From Callorhinchus milii (Eukaryota): a stretch of 64,000 bases of DNA. The notes below the pieces were generated by a model. The model saw only the letters and a list, made by a program, of their open reading frames with translations. It was not told the origin of the DNA and made no database searches. Of the stretch, positions 23,053 to 34,602 are shown one piece after another (the stretch's first letter is position 1; each line of letters begins with the position of its first letter). Position numbers and translations under genes: made by a program. Location of the stretch: assembly GCF_018977255.1 (NCBI RefSeq), contig NW_024704742.1, positions 137,828,001 through 137,892,000 on the forward strand, given 5' to 3'.

Positions 23053-26000
23053 CACATTTACAATGTGATGTGTGCGCGTGTGTTTATAATGTGTTGTGTG
23101 TGTTTATAATATGTGTGTGTGTTTAGAACGTGTTGTGTGTATGTTTAGAACGATCATGTGTGTGTGTTTATAACGTGTGTATGTTTATAATGTATTTGAG
23201 CGTGTGTTTTATAACGTGTTGTGTGGGAGAGTGTTTATAATTGTGTGTGTGTGTGTGTGGGCTTGCATTGACAGTGTGAGGCTTGTGAGCAGTACTGCGG
23301 AGAGGGGGAGCATTAGCACAGGTACGATCTATTGACTTTGAAATTCAAATGAGTCTTTGTTGGATGCACATTAAAGATCCTACAATGCTTTGGGATTTTC
23401 TCCCTGTTAACTGGCCGACAATCCTCCAGACAAGTGTACACCAACAAAATACACGGGGAGACCTGCGAAGCGAAAGGTGCTATATCAAATGCAAGAGTTA
23501 TTATTTGATGTTATGAATTGGCCATTCACATCAATCAACCGAGTAGGTTGTGGGAATTTCCTCTGAGGACAAATTGGCCATCTCCAAAAGCAGCCGGTGC
23601 ACGTGACTGATTACGGAGAAGGGTGTTGAGACATCGCAGCATGATAAGGGCACGATAAACTGCAAGCTCTGATTGAGATACGCAAGCAATGTATGTACCG
23701 TGTGAGGAGGTGCCACTGTTTTTCAGTACGGTTTTGATTTCCTGTGTGGCTGTCTCACCGTGTGGAACTATAACCAATTTACATGTGACTGCCGTTTCAT
23801 AGGAGATGTTCGGCTTTATAATGCACCATTTGTAAACAACGTGTAAACCCAACTGTGCATCGTGCCGCGGGTTATTGTGTACTCTGGGCCGTGTATAAAC
23901 GTTATTCTCTGGGCCATTTGTAAACCATGGGCAGATGTCTTTGTCTGTGTGTAAACCATGGGTTATTGAGCTGAGCCGAGCCTTTAGTGCTGAAGCCGTA
24001 TGGATCACAGTATCTCAGCGTCGCTTTGGGGATCACTGGCTAAACCCAGCTTTACAAGTAGAGATAATTAGCACATCACATGCCCCTTTTTACCCCCGCC
24101 ACACATGCAGAGGCCATCCCAAATAGCAGTGTGCGGTTACCCTCTAAGTTACACCTTTCAGGGTACCTGTGATTCCCTCTGGTGGGGTCCCATTGCTACA
24201 GAACACGTGTCAAAATGTGTGTGTGCTGATCAGCGAGACGCTGATGGGAGTTTGTGGAACTGCGCGATCGGTGTAGTGTCACGCTCTGCGCTGTGCTGTG
24301 TTTTGCATTAGTTTTTTCAGAACTGAACGATGATTTCTGACTCAAAGATTGCACTGATTTTTTGTTGTGAAACATAATGACATCGACAGAAGTTCTAGTC
24401 ATTGTTTTAATGGCTAGAAAACAATCTGCCCCTCCACCGTCCCCCTGGCCTTTGCTTTGAGGCAACGTGTCACTGTTTTGATGAGTTCTGTATTGGTAGG
24501 ACCTGATAGTGCGGGGAAAACGGATCCACTGTTTATGTTGCTGTGAAGGAAACCTTCCACTGAGAAGAGAGGAAAAGCCTCTGCTGTCTCCTGTAGAACC
24601 ATAGACGTTTACAGCACAGAAAGGAGGCCATTCGGCCCATCGTGTCTGCCAGTTCCATCATGAGCAATCCGTTCAGTCTCAATTGCCTGGCCTTTCCCCA
24701 AACCTCTGTCGCTGACAGACCTAACAGAGTCCTGGTGGAAAGTTGTTAGTCTCATCGCTCTCGCCGCTGAGTTGAGAATTGAAGCCCCTCATTGGGACTT
24801 TGAGATCATGCTTTGAGTGTAGGCTGATGCTCCAGCACAGTTCACCTTCATAACGTCTCATCCCAAGCCCAAATCTTGGGATGAGACGTTAAACCGTGCT
24901 CACTACCCGTCTGTGTTCAGGTGGATGTTAAAAGATCCCGGGGAGCTTTTCCCGGTGTCCTGGCCAACAATCTCCCAGACAAAATATACAGTCACTTCAT
25001 TTTACAGTATAATCCGTGAAGCGCTTTGAGACGTCTCAAAGATGTGATAAGGCGCTATATTAGAAATCCTTAATGAAGGATTATTATAGACNAAAAATAA
25101 TTGGTCAGTCACTTCATGGCTTTGGCCAAATTGCTGCTTAGTGTCGACAAGTAGTTTTGCTTATAAAGCATTTGAATCGTTTTCATGTTAAGTACTGCAT
25201 CAAATGCAAAGATTATTACTGTGTTGTCTGTTACTTTGCAATACAGAGACCGGGAACCCTGTTTCCCAGCTGTGTCCTTCACACAATCCTGTTTAGCATT
25301 TTATTTCAAGCGGAAAAATAAACTGCTAGCTTTTATAATCATAGAATTAAACTGTAGCCGGTTGCGGTGTGTTGATTTCTGTGTTGATGCCTTCATGTGA
25401 TTCGGAGTAGGCGGCCGATGCTACCATTCCATTTTGTGACCACGCGAGTCATTAAAATCAAACCTGGAGAACTTGACGCTCTGTCTCTGTGGCTTGTGCT
25501 GATTTCGCCCTCCAACCTCCCCGATCCTGACCCCCAGCTCGGGTCCGAAACACTGATGGTCCAGCGCCTTGGGACGTCGTCCTCCTGACGTGAAAGGTGC
25601 TTTGCATGTGTCATTTTGTTGTTGTTGTTCAGTGCAAGTGTTTAACTTTCTCAAATGTTTGTGAGCCGTTATTTCAACGGCAAATATTGATCGGTCCCAA
25701 TGTTCGCTGCCACATCTTCCATAACAGGGATGGAGGGAGTGAGGCTGATACCCTTGTGTGAGGTCCTCTGTAGTTTCTTACCGGTGTTTTGTAACGGTGT
25801 GTGGGGGGGGGGGGTGTAGGGGTGGGGGGTGATAGACCTTTGTGAACATCCTATACATTCCAATGGGAATTCTGGAACATTTTATCTTGATTGATGGACA
25901 CTGACATAACATGAGGGTTGGGGCTATGGGAGGCTTGAAGATGTCAGGTCACTTTGCTCCCGGTCCTGTTTCCCCGTTAGTTATTTATTGGGAGGTGACC

Positions 26001-26999
26001 GTGTGATGTCACTCCCTCACCCACAGGGGAAGGTGCGATGTCCCAATCTTCGGTGTCACATCTTCCATAACATGGATGACCGCGCAAACCCCACTGGCTC
26101 CTGTCACAGAGCGGATCCACTTCCAGATCCTCACTCTAGTGTTTAAACCCTCCATTCCTTGCCGCCCATCTCTCTGACCTCCTCTCTCCCCACAGCAGTA
26201 CCCGCAGCCTCCGCTCTACTGGCTCCGGCCTTCTCCGCGTCCCACGAATCCTCCACTCCACCATCGGTGGCCGCGCCTTAGGCCACTCCACCCCAAAACT
26301 GTGGAACTCCCTCTCTCAACCCCTTCACCTCGTCCCCTCCTTCCCCATCTTCAGGTCGCACCTGAAGACCTTAGTTTTCGACCGCGTCTACGGTCAGCTC
26401 CCCCTCCCCCCGGCTCGGCCTCGGGCTCCGCCCATTATAAAGCTCTGAGACACCGCCCGGTGTGGAGGGTGCGATATAAGTGCAAGTTGTTGTTGTTGTC
26501 CCTAATCCACACGGGAAGCTGTGATGTAAGTTCACCGCTCCCTCCCTCAATCCCCCCACTTGCCCCCCCCTTCCCCATTCTCAAATCCCATCTAAAGACC
26601 TTTTTAATCGTCACCTTCCCACTCCCTGACCCCTGTCTCGTGGTCAGACTCCACCGCACTGTGAAGCGCTCCCGGGCCCTACCCTCCGTGAAGGGCACTG
26701 TAAAAAAGGGCGCAGATTGTTGTTTAAACCTAATGGTTAAAAGTTGTCTCCAGGCTGGAGCCGGTGCTCGGATCTCTCGCTCAGGAATGGATGTGAGAAG
26801 CCAGCAGTTTCTAGATGTTACGGGGGACACGGTTTAACCTCATCCCCATCCCAACCTGGATCAGCCACTCTCGCCTCCGAGTCAGAAGGTTCGTGGGTTC
26901 AAGCCACATGTGTCCTTTAGGTGAGATGTCAAACAGAGGTCCCATCTGTGTCTGTTCAGATGGATGTTAATGATCCCGCTATCAGGAAACGAGAAGGTA

Positions 27000-27036
<37 letters not shown>

Positions 27037-28639
27037 AGTGTCCTGGCGACAATTCCCCAGATAAAATTGTGGGACGATGCTGTGCACAAATGAGCTGCTG
27101 GTTAACCTGCAAAACACACGTCACCACCACAGAAGTCCATAGAATCATAGGAATCCTGCAAAGTGCTTCGAAACAACCTCCTGACATTGAATGGAGCGGC
27201 AGCAAATGTGAGGGTTATTATTTCTTCACCTGGAGGCTAATTAATGACCAAAATAAGGTTAACAGGAAGAGTGGTTAAGACAAGGTGCTGTGACTTGTTT
27301 AAAAATCCCCACTTAAGGGAGAGCTGGATGGGGGGAACAGGAGGGTGGGGATTCTGGAAGGATAAGATCAAATAGGATGAAGGTTCTTCATCTGAACCAA
27401 GAAGATTATTAGGCTGAGACCAGGTGGAATTTCAGGCCTCTTGTCTTGTGGGCAGAGGTTTATAGCCTGACCTTCTCCCCAACACATCGATACACAACAA
27501 CCCTGGGACCAGCTAACCCCAGATAACCTGGAGCTTCAATCACACTGAAGAGACAACAACGTTCGCCATTGATTCACACAGGGACAGGAGGAGGCCATTC
27601 AGGCCATCCAGCCTGCTCTGCCAGTTTATCAAATCGCGGCAGATCTTTAGACTCCCATCTCCCCCAACCTCCAGCTCTGTGCCTTCTCACCGACTCGCCG
27701 ACCAGTGAAAATAATTCCTCCCGTTTACGTCATCAAAACAGCAACAACAACAACAACAACAAGATTCCATTTATTGAGCGCCTTTCACGTCGGGAGGACG
27801 TCCCAAGTGGCGCTGGAGAAAAACCCACACCTTCCCCTTAATCAGGTCTCCTCCCAGCCCTGGGGTCCCCAAGCCTTGGCTCTTGCCAACCTGCGCATCA
27901 TTAGAAGAGGAAAGGTGCGTTCCTCCTCCAGAGAGAGACAGTGTTCTATTCCCGACACAGGAACTCTCAGAGGTTTGGTTTGGAGACTCAGGATCAGGAT
28001 CAGGATCAGGATCAGGGCGATTCAGACATGTGGCGAGACCAGGAATACCATCACTATCGCCCCCCGTGTGGTCACAACTGAACATCACAGCATTGCCCCC
28101 ACTACATTTTTTTCCTTAGTGGATAGCGCCACACGCTATCCGCTCACAGTGGTTACTGCAACAGTGGTTCGTTGACGTTCTTCTACCACCGCCTTGTGGT
28201 CACTGTCAGAAGTCGATACAACAATTTTCGGTAAAGCAGATCGATGTCTGTCTGACACTCGGGGAAACCATCACAGCTGCTTAAGAGCATCCAAACCAAT
28301 TCCATGCATCCCACCCACACTTAGAAATGTCTGAGATATTAATCGGAATGGAATGCACGGTCTCTCCCCCCGAGGGACGCATCAGGAAGGAGCAATCTTG
28401 ATACCATTATTATGAGGAATGTGTGAGGCAGGAATGTGTGGGACACGTAAAAAGGGGTGTAAGGCAAAGCTGGTTAGACTCCAGCAGTTACCCCTACACA
28501 TACTTTGGGGTTCCCCAGCCTTAGCTCATGCGAACCTGTGCATAATACTCTGCAGAATTAGGTAAGCAGGATGCGTCCATCCAGAGAGAGAATGCATTCC
28601 ATTCCAGACAAAGGAAGTTTTGCAGGTAACGTACCTGCA

Positions 28640-29715
28640 CCGTACCTGTTATTCTAACTGGAGGGTACCTCCCAGGCGTCGGTATTGGGACCAGTGCTCT
28701 TTTTTCATCTGTATCAGTGACCTGGGCTTGGGTATAGGGAGGACAATTTCCGAGTTGGCAGATGAGAATAAGTTAGAAAAGTAGTAAACGGTGAGGAGGT
28801 GCGCAGCAGACTGCAAATGGCCATAGACAGACTGGGGTAAAATGGGCAGAGACGTGGCAGATGTAGTTTACCCCACCCCTCCCCCATACTCGGGTCTGGA
28901 GAAATGCGAAGTGATGCATTTTGTGAGGAAGAATGAGGAGAGGCAATATACAACAACAACAACAAGATTCCATTTATAGAGCGCCTTTCACATCGGGAGG
29001 ACGTCCCAAGGCACTGATAAGCTGATGGTACAATCTTAAAGGGGGTGAAGGAACCTGGGGGTCATATAGTAAATCTTTGAAGGTGGCCGGACAAGTAGAT
29101 AAAGCTGTTAAAAAGCATCCGGGACACGAGGCTTTATAAACGGTCACAGAATACACAAGTCAGGAAGTTATGATGAACCTTTATATAAAACACTGGTGGG
29201 GCCTCAGCGAGAGACTGGGCTTAGTTCTGGGCCCCACACTTTAGGAAGGATGTCAAGGCATTGGAGAGGGTGCAAAGGAGATTGACCAGAATGGTACCAG
29301 GAATGAGGGACTTCAGTGATCAGGAGAGGCCGGAGACGCTGGGATTATTCTCCTGGGAGCAGAGAGGGTTAAGAGGAAACTTAATAGAAGTTTTCAAAAT
29401 TATAAGTGATTCGATCAGATGAACGGGAGAGACTATTCCCACTGGCGGTGGGTCGGGAACCCGAGGGCACCGGTTTAAAATAGTTGTTAAAAGAAACAGA
29501 GGGGATTTGAGGAGAAATGTTTACACACAGCGAGTTGTTGGGATCTGGAATGCATTGCCTGAAAGGCTGAGGGAAGCCGATTCCATATCAACTTTTAAGA
29601 GAGAAGTAGATAATTATTTGGGGAAGACAAGTTGATTTGAACGCTCTTTTCAATGAGCACAGACACGATGGGCCAAATGGCCTCATTCTGTTCTGTATAA
29701 TTCTATGATTCTGTG
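28640..29715 (+). mobile_element. CR1 LINE 3' region, interrupted by a short minus-strand L2 tail (28950-29012)
   Basis: KCEVMHF, KDVKALERVQRR, LGLFS..RGNLIEVFKI; tail ttctatgattctgtg. Confidence 0.88.
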
Positions 29716-30584
29716 ATGTGAAACTTTCAGTCTGGTTTTGGTATTGTTAAGCAGTGATTGGTTTCCGGTGTGTCAGAACAAAATCTACTGCGGTCTGAAT
29801 TAGATGTCTGATTCTGATGTCAGTCTCTTCACACATCAACTTCCGCTGGTTTGAGGTTGAGTAAAACCTCATGGTGTGATATTCATTCCGCTGCCTGTGG
29901 CTAGAGTTCAACATGACTTAGTGTGACCGACAACCACAGAACTTTCTCCCTGGAAAGAGGCCATTTAGCTCATCGTATCTGTGAAGCCCGTCAAACGACC
30001 AACTAGCGATGATCCTCCTTGGTGGGGGGGTGGGGGGGGGAGGGACGCGGGATGTCCTTCAACCTGAACTGGCTCCAAGGTGGCATGTTTGGCAATGTAG
30101 CCAATGTCAGAATCGAACACCCCCCCACCCCCTGTGATGGTCCGGTTCCTGAGCCAGGAGGGTCCACAGTATCCCAGGGCTCTCACTGCTGATGACAGCC
30201 CGGCCCGGCTCAGCGGCAGGACCTGGAAGGGCCGACCAGTCACCGGGGGCCGGGAATCCTCCCCCTCAGCTCCTGTTAACCCCACAGCCAAAGCCCTGAC
30301 TAACGGGGAGGGGGGTCCTCGCTGGACAAACGACAGGAAAGCTGCCAGACAGCGCTCTCAATGATTTACTTGGTTGGACTCCAGCAGTTACCCCAACGCG
30401 CGCCCTGGGCTCCCCCCAGGCCTCGGCTCTTTGCAACCTGTGCCTAATACCCTCCTGAATTAGGTCAGCGGGAGGCCTCCCTCCGGGGGGGAGAGAGAGA
30501 GAGAGAGAGAGATTATTGCGATCATCTGTATTATTATGATATGACTCGGTGTGTCTCCTGTTGGGGGCAGCAATGACCGCCAGT

Positions 30585-30603
30585 GACCCACAGGGGGCGC
30601 TGG
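30585..30603 (+). promoter_or_regulatory. Candidate CTCF site gacccacagggggcgctgg
   Basis: Core CAGGGGGCGC matches the CTCF consensus with two mismatches 5' of the core. Confidence 0.4.
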
Positions 30604-30619
30604 AGCTCCAGTCTGGGAG

Positions 30620-31307
30620 GCGGGTTGTTCCCCCCCTCTCCCTCCCACTCACCCCCTCCCCCTCCCTCCCACTCCCCCCTCTCCCCCCACTCCCCCCCTC
30701 CCCTTCCCTCCCTCTCCCCCACTCCCTCTCCTCCCTCTCCCCCTCCCCTCTCCCTCCCACTCCCTCCCTCTCCCCCACTCCCCCCCACTCCCCCCTCTCC
30801 CACTCCCCCCCCTCTCCCCTCTCCCCCCTCTCCCTCCCACTCACCCCCTCCCCCCTCCCTCCCACTCCCCCGTCTCCCCACTCCCCTCTCCCTCCCTCTC
30901 CCCCCTCCCCCTCCCTCCCACTCCCTCCTCTCCCCCACTCCCCCCCACTCCCCCCTCTCCCACTCCCCCCACTCCCTCTCCCCCTCTCCCCCCTCTCCCT
31001 CCCACTCCCCCTCTCCCTCCCACTCCCCCCTCCCCTCCCACTCCCTCTCCCCTCCCCCCCTCTCCCTCCCACTCCTCCCCCTCTCCCTCCCACTCCCCCC
31101 TCTCCCCCCCTCCCCTCTCCCCCTCTCCCTCCCTCCCCCCCTCTCCCCCCTCTCCCCCCCTCCCCTCTCCCTCCCCTCTCCCCCCTCTCCCCCCCACTCC
31201 CCCCTCTCCCTCCCACTCCCCCCCTCTCCCTCCCACTCCCTCTCCTCTCCCCCCTCTCCCTCCCACTCCTCCCCCTCTCCCTCCCCCTCTCCCTCCACTC
31301 CCCCCTC
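30620..31307. repeat. C-rich pyrimidine low-complexity tract (ctccctcccactccccc)n
   Basis: Directly visible; G4-prone on the minus strand. Confidence 0.95.
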
Positions 31308-31419
31308 TGTGGCTCCAGATAAGGCAAAGCATCATCATCTTCCTCCTCCTCCTCTTCCTCATCACTGGACACAGACACAGCCCCAGTGGCCGCTCCCGGG
31401 AGGGTGTTGGCCGTCAGGA

Positions 31420-32586
31420 CGGGGGGTGGGGGACGGGGGAGTGAGGGGACAGGGGGAGTGTGTGAGGGGGAGTGGGGGAGGAGAGGGGGAGGGGTGGGGG
31501 ACAGGGGGAGTGTGTGAGGGGGAGGGGGAGGAGAGGGGGAGGGGGGTGTGAGGGAGGGGGGGTGTGAGGGGGAGGGGGAGTGAGGGGTGAGGGGGAGGGG
31601 GTGTGAGGGGGAGGGGGTGTGAGGGGGAGGGGTGTGTGAGGGTGGGGGGTGTGAGGGTGAGGGGGTGTGAGGGGAGGGGGTGTGAGGGGAGGGGGTGTGA
31701 GGGGGTGTGAGGGGGTGTGAGGGAGAGGGGGTGTGAGGGGAGAGGGGGTGTGAGGGTGAGGGGGGTGAGGGGGGTGTGAGGGGGAGGGAGGGGGAGGGGG
31801 TGTGAGGGGAGGGGGGTGTGAGGGCAGAGGGGGTGTGAGGGGAGGTGGGGGGGAGGGGGTGTGAGGGGGAGGGGTGTGAGGGGGAGGGGGGTGTGAGGGG
31901 GAGGGGGTGTGAGGGGGAGGGGTGTGAGGGGGAGGTGGGGGGAGGGGGTGTGAGGGGAGGGGGGTGTGAGGGGGAGGGGTGTGAGGGGAAGGGGGGTGTG
32001 AGGGGAGGGGGTGTGAGGAGGGGGTGTGAGGGGAGGGGGTGTGAGGGGAGGTGGGGGGAGGGGTGTGGGGGGGAGGGGGGTGTGGGGGGAGGGGGGTTGG
32101 GGGGAGGGGGTGTGAGGGCGAGGGGGGTGTGAGGGCGAGGGGTGTGAGGGCGAGGGGGGTGTGAGGGCGAGGGGGTGTGAGGGCGAGGGGGTGTGAGGGG
32201 AGGGGGTGTGAGGGGGAGGGGGGTGTGAGGGGGAGGGGGTGTGAGGGGGGTGTGAGGGGGGGTGGGGGGGAGGGGGTGTGAGGGGGGGGGGTTTTGAGGG
32301 GGAGGGGTGTGAGGGGGAGGGGGGTGTGAGGGGGAGGGGGTGAGGGGGGTGTGAGGGGGGAGGGGGGTGTGAGGGGTGAGGGGGTGAGGGGGAGGGGGTG
32401 TGAGGGAGGGGGGTGAGGGGGGTGTGAGGGGGAGGGGGTGTGAGGGGGTATTGAGGGGGTGAGGGGAGGGGTGTGAGGGGAGGGGGGGTGTGAGGGGAGG
32501 GGGGTGTGAGGGGGTATTTGAGGGGGTGAGGGGGGACAGGGGAGGGGGGTGTGAGGGTGAGGGGGTATTTGAGGGGGTGAGGGGGG
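31420..32586. repeat. G-rich tandem repeat (gagggggagggggtgt)n
   Basis: Directly visible; dense G-runs, G4-prone on +. Confidence 0.95.
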
Positions 32587-32732
32587 CCCCGAGGCTTCGC
32601 TGAGAGACTGAGATATTTCTGTATGTGTTGGAGGGGAAGACTGGACACACGGACCCCCCCCACCCCCCACCCCCACCCCCCGGCTGGTCAGTGAGGGGGA
32701 GGGGGAGAGGGAGAGGGGAGAGGGGTGGGGGG

Positions 32733-33412
32733 GGTGAGTCTGTGTGTGTGTGTGTGAGTCTCTGTGAGTCTGTGTGTGTGTGTGAGTCTCTGTGTGAGTC
32801 TGTGTGTGTGTGTGTGAGTCTCTGTGTGAGTCTGTGTGTGTGTGTGAGTCTCTGTGTGAGTCTGTGTGTGTGTGTGAGTGAGTCTCTGTGTGAGTCTGTG
32901 TGTGTGTGAGTCTCTGTGTGAGTCTGTGTGTGTGTGTGGAGTCTCTGTGTGAGTCTGTGTGTGTGTGTGAGTCTCTGTGTGTGTGTGTGAGTCTGTGTGT
33001 GTGTGTGTGAGTCTCTGTGTGAGTCTGTGTGTGTGTGTGAGTCTGTGTGTGTGTGTGTGTGAGTCTCTGTGTGAGTCTGTGTGTGTGTGTGAGTCTCTGT
33101 GTGTGTGTGTGAGTCTGTGTGTGTGTGTGTGAGTCTCTGTGTGAGTCTGTGTGTGTGTGTGTGAGTCTGTGTGTGTGTGTGTGAGTCTCTGTGTGAGTCT
33201 GTGTGTGTGTGTGAGTCTCTGTGTGAGTCTGTGTGGGTGTGTGTGAGTCTCTGTGAGTCTGTGTGTGAGTCTCTGTGTGTGTGTGAGTCTGTGTGTGTGT
33301 GTGTGTGTGTGAGTCTCTGTGTGAGTCTGTGTGTGTGTGTGAGTCTCTGTGTGTGTGTGAGTCTGTGTGTGTGTGTGTGAGTCTCTGTGAGTCTGTGTGT
33401 GTGTGTGTGTGT
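32733..33412. repeat. Compound satellite [gagtc(tc)(tg)n]n
   Basis: Directly visible. Confidence 0.95.
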
Positions 33413-33486
33413 TGAGGGTATGTCTGTCGGGGGCTGTGTTGTATATACAGTAATTCCCGGTGTGAGGAGCAGGGCTGGGGTTACAG

Positions 33487-33766
33487 TGAGCGAGGGAGCG
33501 AGGGAGGGAGGGAGGAGAGAGCGAGGGAGGGAGGAGGGAGGAGAGAGCGAGGGAGGGAGGAGGGAGGAGAGAGCGAGGAAGGAGGAGGAGGGAGGAGGAG
33601 GAGAAGAGGAGGGAGAAGAGCGAGGGAGGGCGGGAGGAGCGAGGGAGGAGGAGGGAGGAGAGAGCGAGTGAGGGCGGGAGGGAGGGAGGAGAGAGCGAGT
33701 GAGGGCGGGAGGGAGGGAGGAGAGAGCGAGTGAGGGCGGGAGGGAGGGAGGGAGGGAGGGAGGGAG
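33487..33766. repeat. Polypurine (ggga/gga)n tract
   Basis: Directly visible. Confidence 0.9.
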
Positions 33767-34036
33767 GTGTTGGCCGGACACAATATTGGGATATTTTTCT
33801 CTCAGTGTAACCTCTCCTCTCTCTCTCTCTCTCTCTCTCTGTCTCAGAGCTGTGGATTAATTGCCCATTTATGGAGAGACCTCGGTGTTCGCTCCGGGAG
33901 TGTCCGTGTTGGTCTGTGTCCTGTATCGAGACTCGGATCATCGATCACTTTCCCAATCGCTGTTGATCGGGCGCTCATTGATCGCAGACGATCCACACTC
34001 GCCCTTCATTGGGTATTGCCTCCAGCAATCGGCTGT

Positions 34037-34304
34037 GGATTATTGATCGGATCGCTGGGGTTATTGATTAGGTTCTACTCTGGATTATTGATCTGGACCC
34101 CGGATTATTGACCAGGATTATTGACCCTGACGCGCTCTGGGATATTGACCAAGGATCTACTGTGGATTATCGATCGGATCGCTGGATTATTGATCAGGTG
34201 CTGGTGGAATAGTGATCAGGTCTCCTGATTATTGATCAAGACTCTGGAATATTGATAAGGATCTACCGTGGATTATTGATCAGGATTACTCTGGGTTATC
34301 GATC
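34037..34304 (+). repeat. Thirteen degenerate GGATTATTGATC motifs upstream of the TESK1 ATG
   Basis: Copies at about 34037, 34058, 34082, 34102, 34115, 34139, 34164, 34184, 34207, 34227, 34246, 34270, 34293. Confidence 0.85.
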
Positions 34305-34380
34305 CCCCCACCTTGCCCGTGGTGGGGAGTTTGGGGCGATGTGAGCCACACCCCCGCGGTTGATCTGACGGAGGCGGGGG

Positions 34381-34602
34381 ATGGAGAGGGAGGCAGGGCT
34401 CAGGCTGGCCCTGTCGGGGGAGGTGGGGTCTGGCTGCCCCCAGACCCCGGACACCGGCCCCCCCTGGGCTCCGGTCGGGGGCTGCAGCCGCCCACGGCCC
34501 TCCTCCTACCGTGCCCTGCGCAGCGCCGTCTCCACACTCGCCAGGATCGACGACTTCTACTGCGAGAAGATCGGCTCCGGATTCTTCTCCGAGGTTTTTA
34601 AG
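34381..34602 (+). CDS. TESK1: TESK1 (testis-associated actin remodelling kinase 1) first coding exon
   Basis: MEREAG...[36 protein letters not shown]|gtaaag; [13 protein letters not shown] matches human TESK1; includes the Gly-rich loop. Likely acceptor at 33847/33848 (long CT tract, gtctcag|), implying a ~530-nt 5' UTR and an upstream non-coding exon. Confidence 0.93.

Noticed and set aside
23535..24008. 157-aa minus ORF and gtaaac(a/c) FOX-like cluster
   Set aside because: No recognisable protein or splice signals; the motifs look like a decayed short tandem repeat.
25695..26080. ~38-bp direct repeat (tcccaat..cacatcttccataaca) at 25695 and 26041
   Set aside because: Too short and diverged to support an LTR or TSD interpretation.
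30185..30330. Ribozyme in family X (ctgatga; tcctcgctgg and ccggctgggcaa resembling HDV)
   Set aside because: No GAAA closing a stem II; the HDV-like words are ~300 nt apart with no P1/P3 pairing.
30266..33941. Very long ORFs (1171, 433, 420, 417 aa and others)
   Set aside because: Stop-free only because of G/C-rich and (TG)n low-complexity repeats; open in several frames; no domain or splice support. The acidic SSDEEEEEEEDDD patch is a (tcc/tca)n microsatellite with no acceptor.
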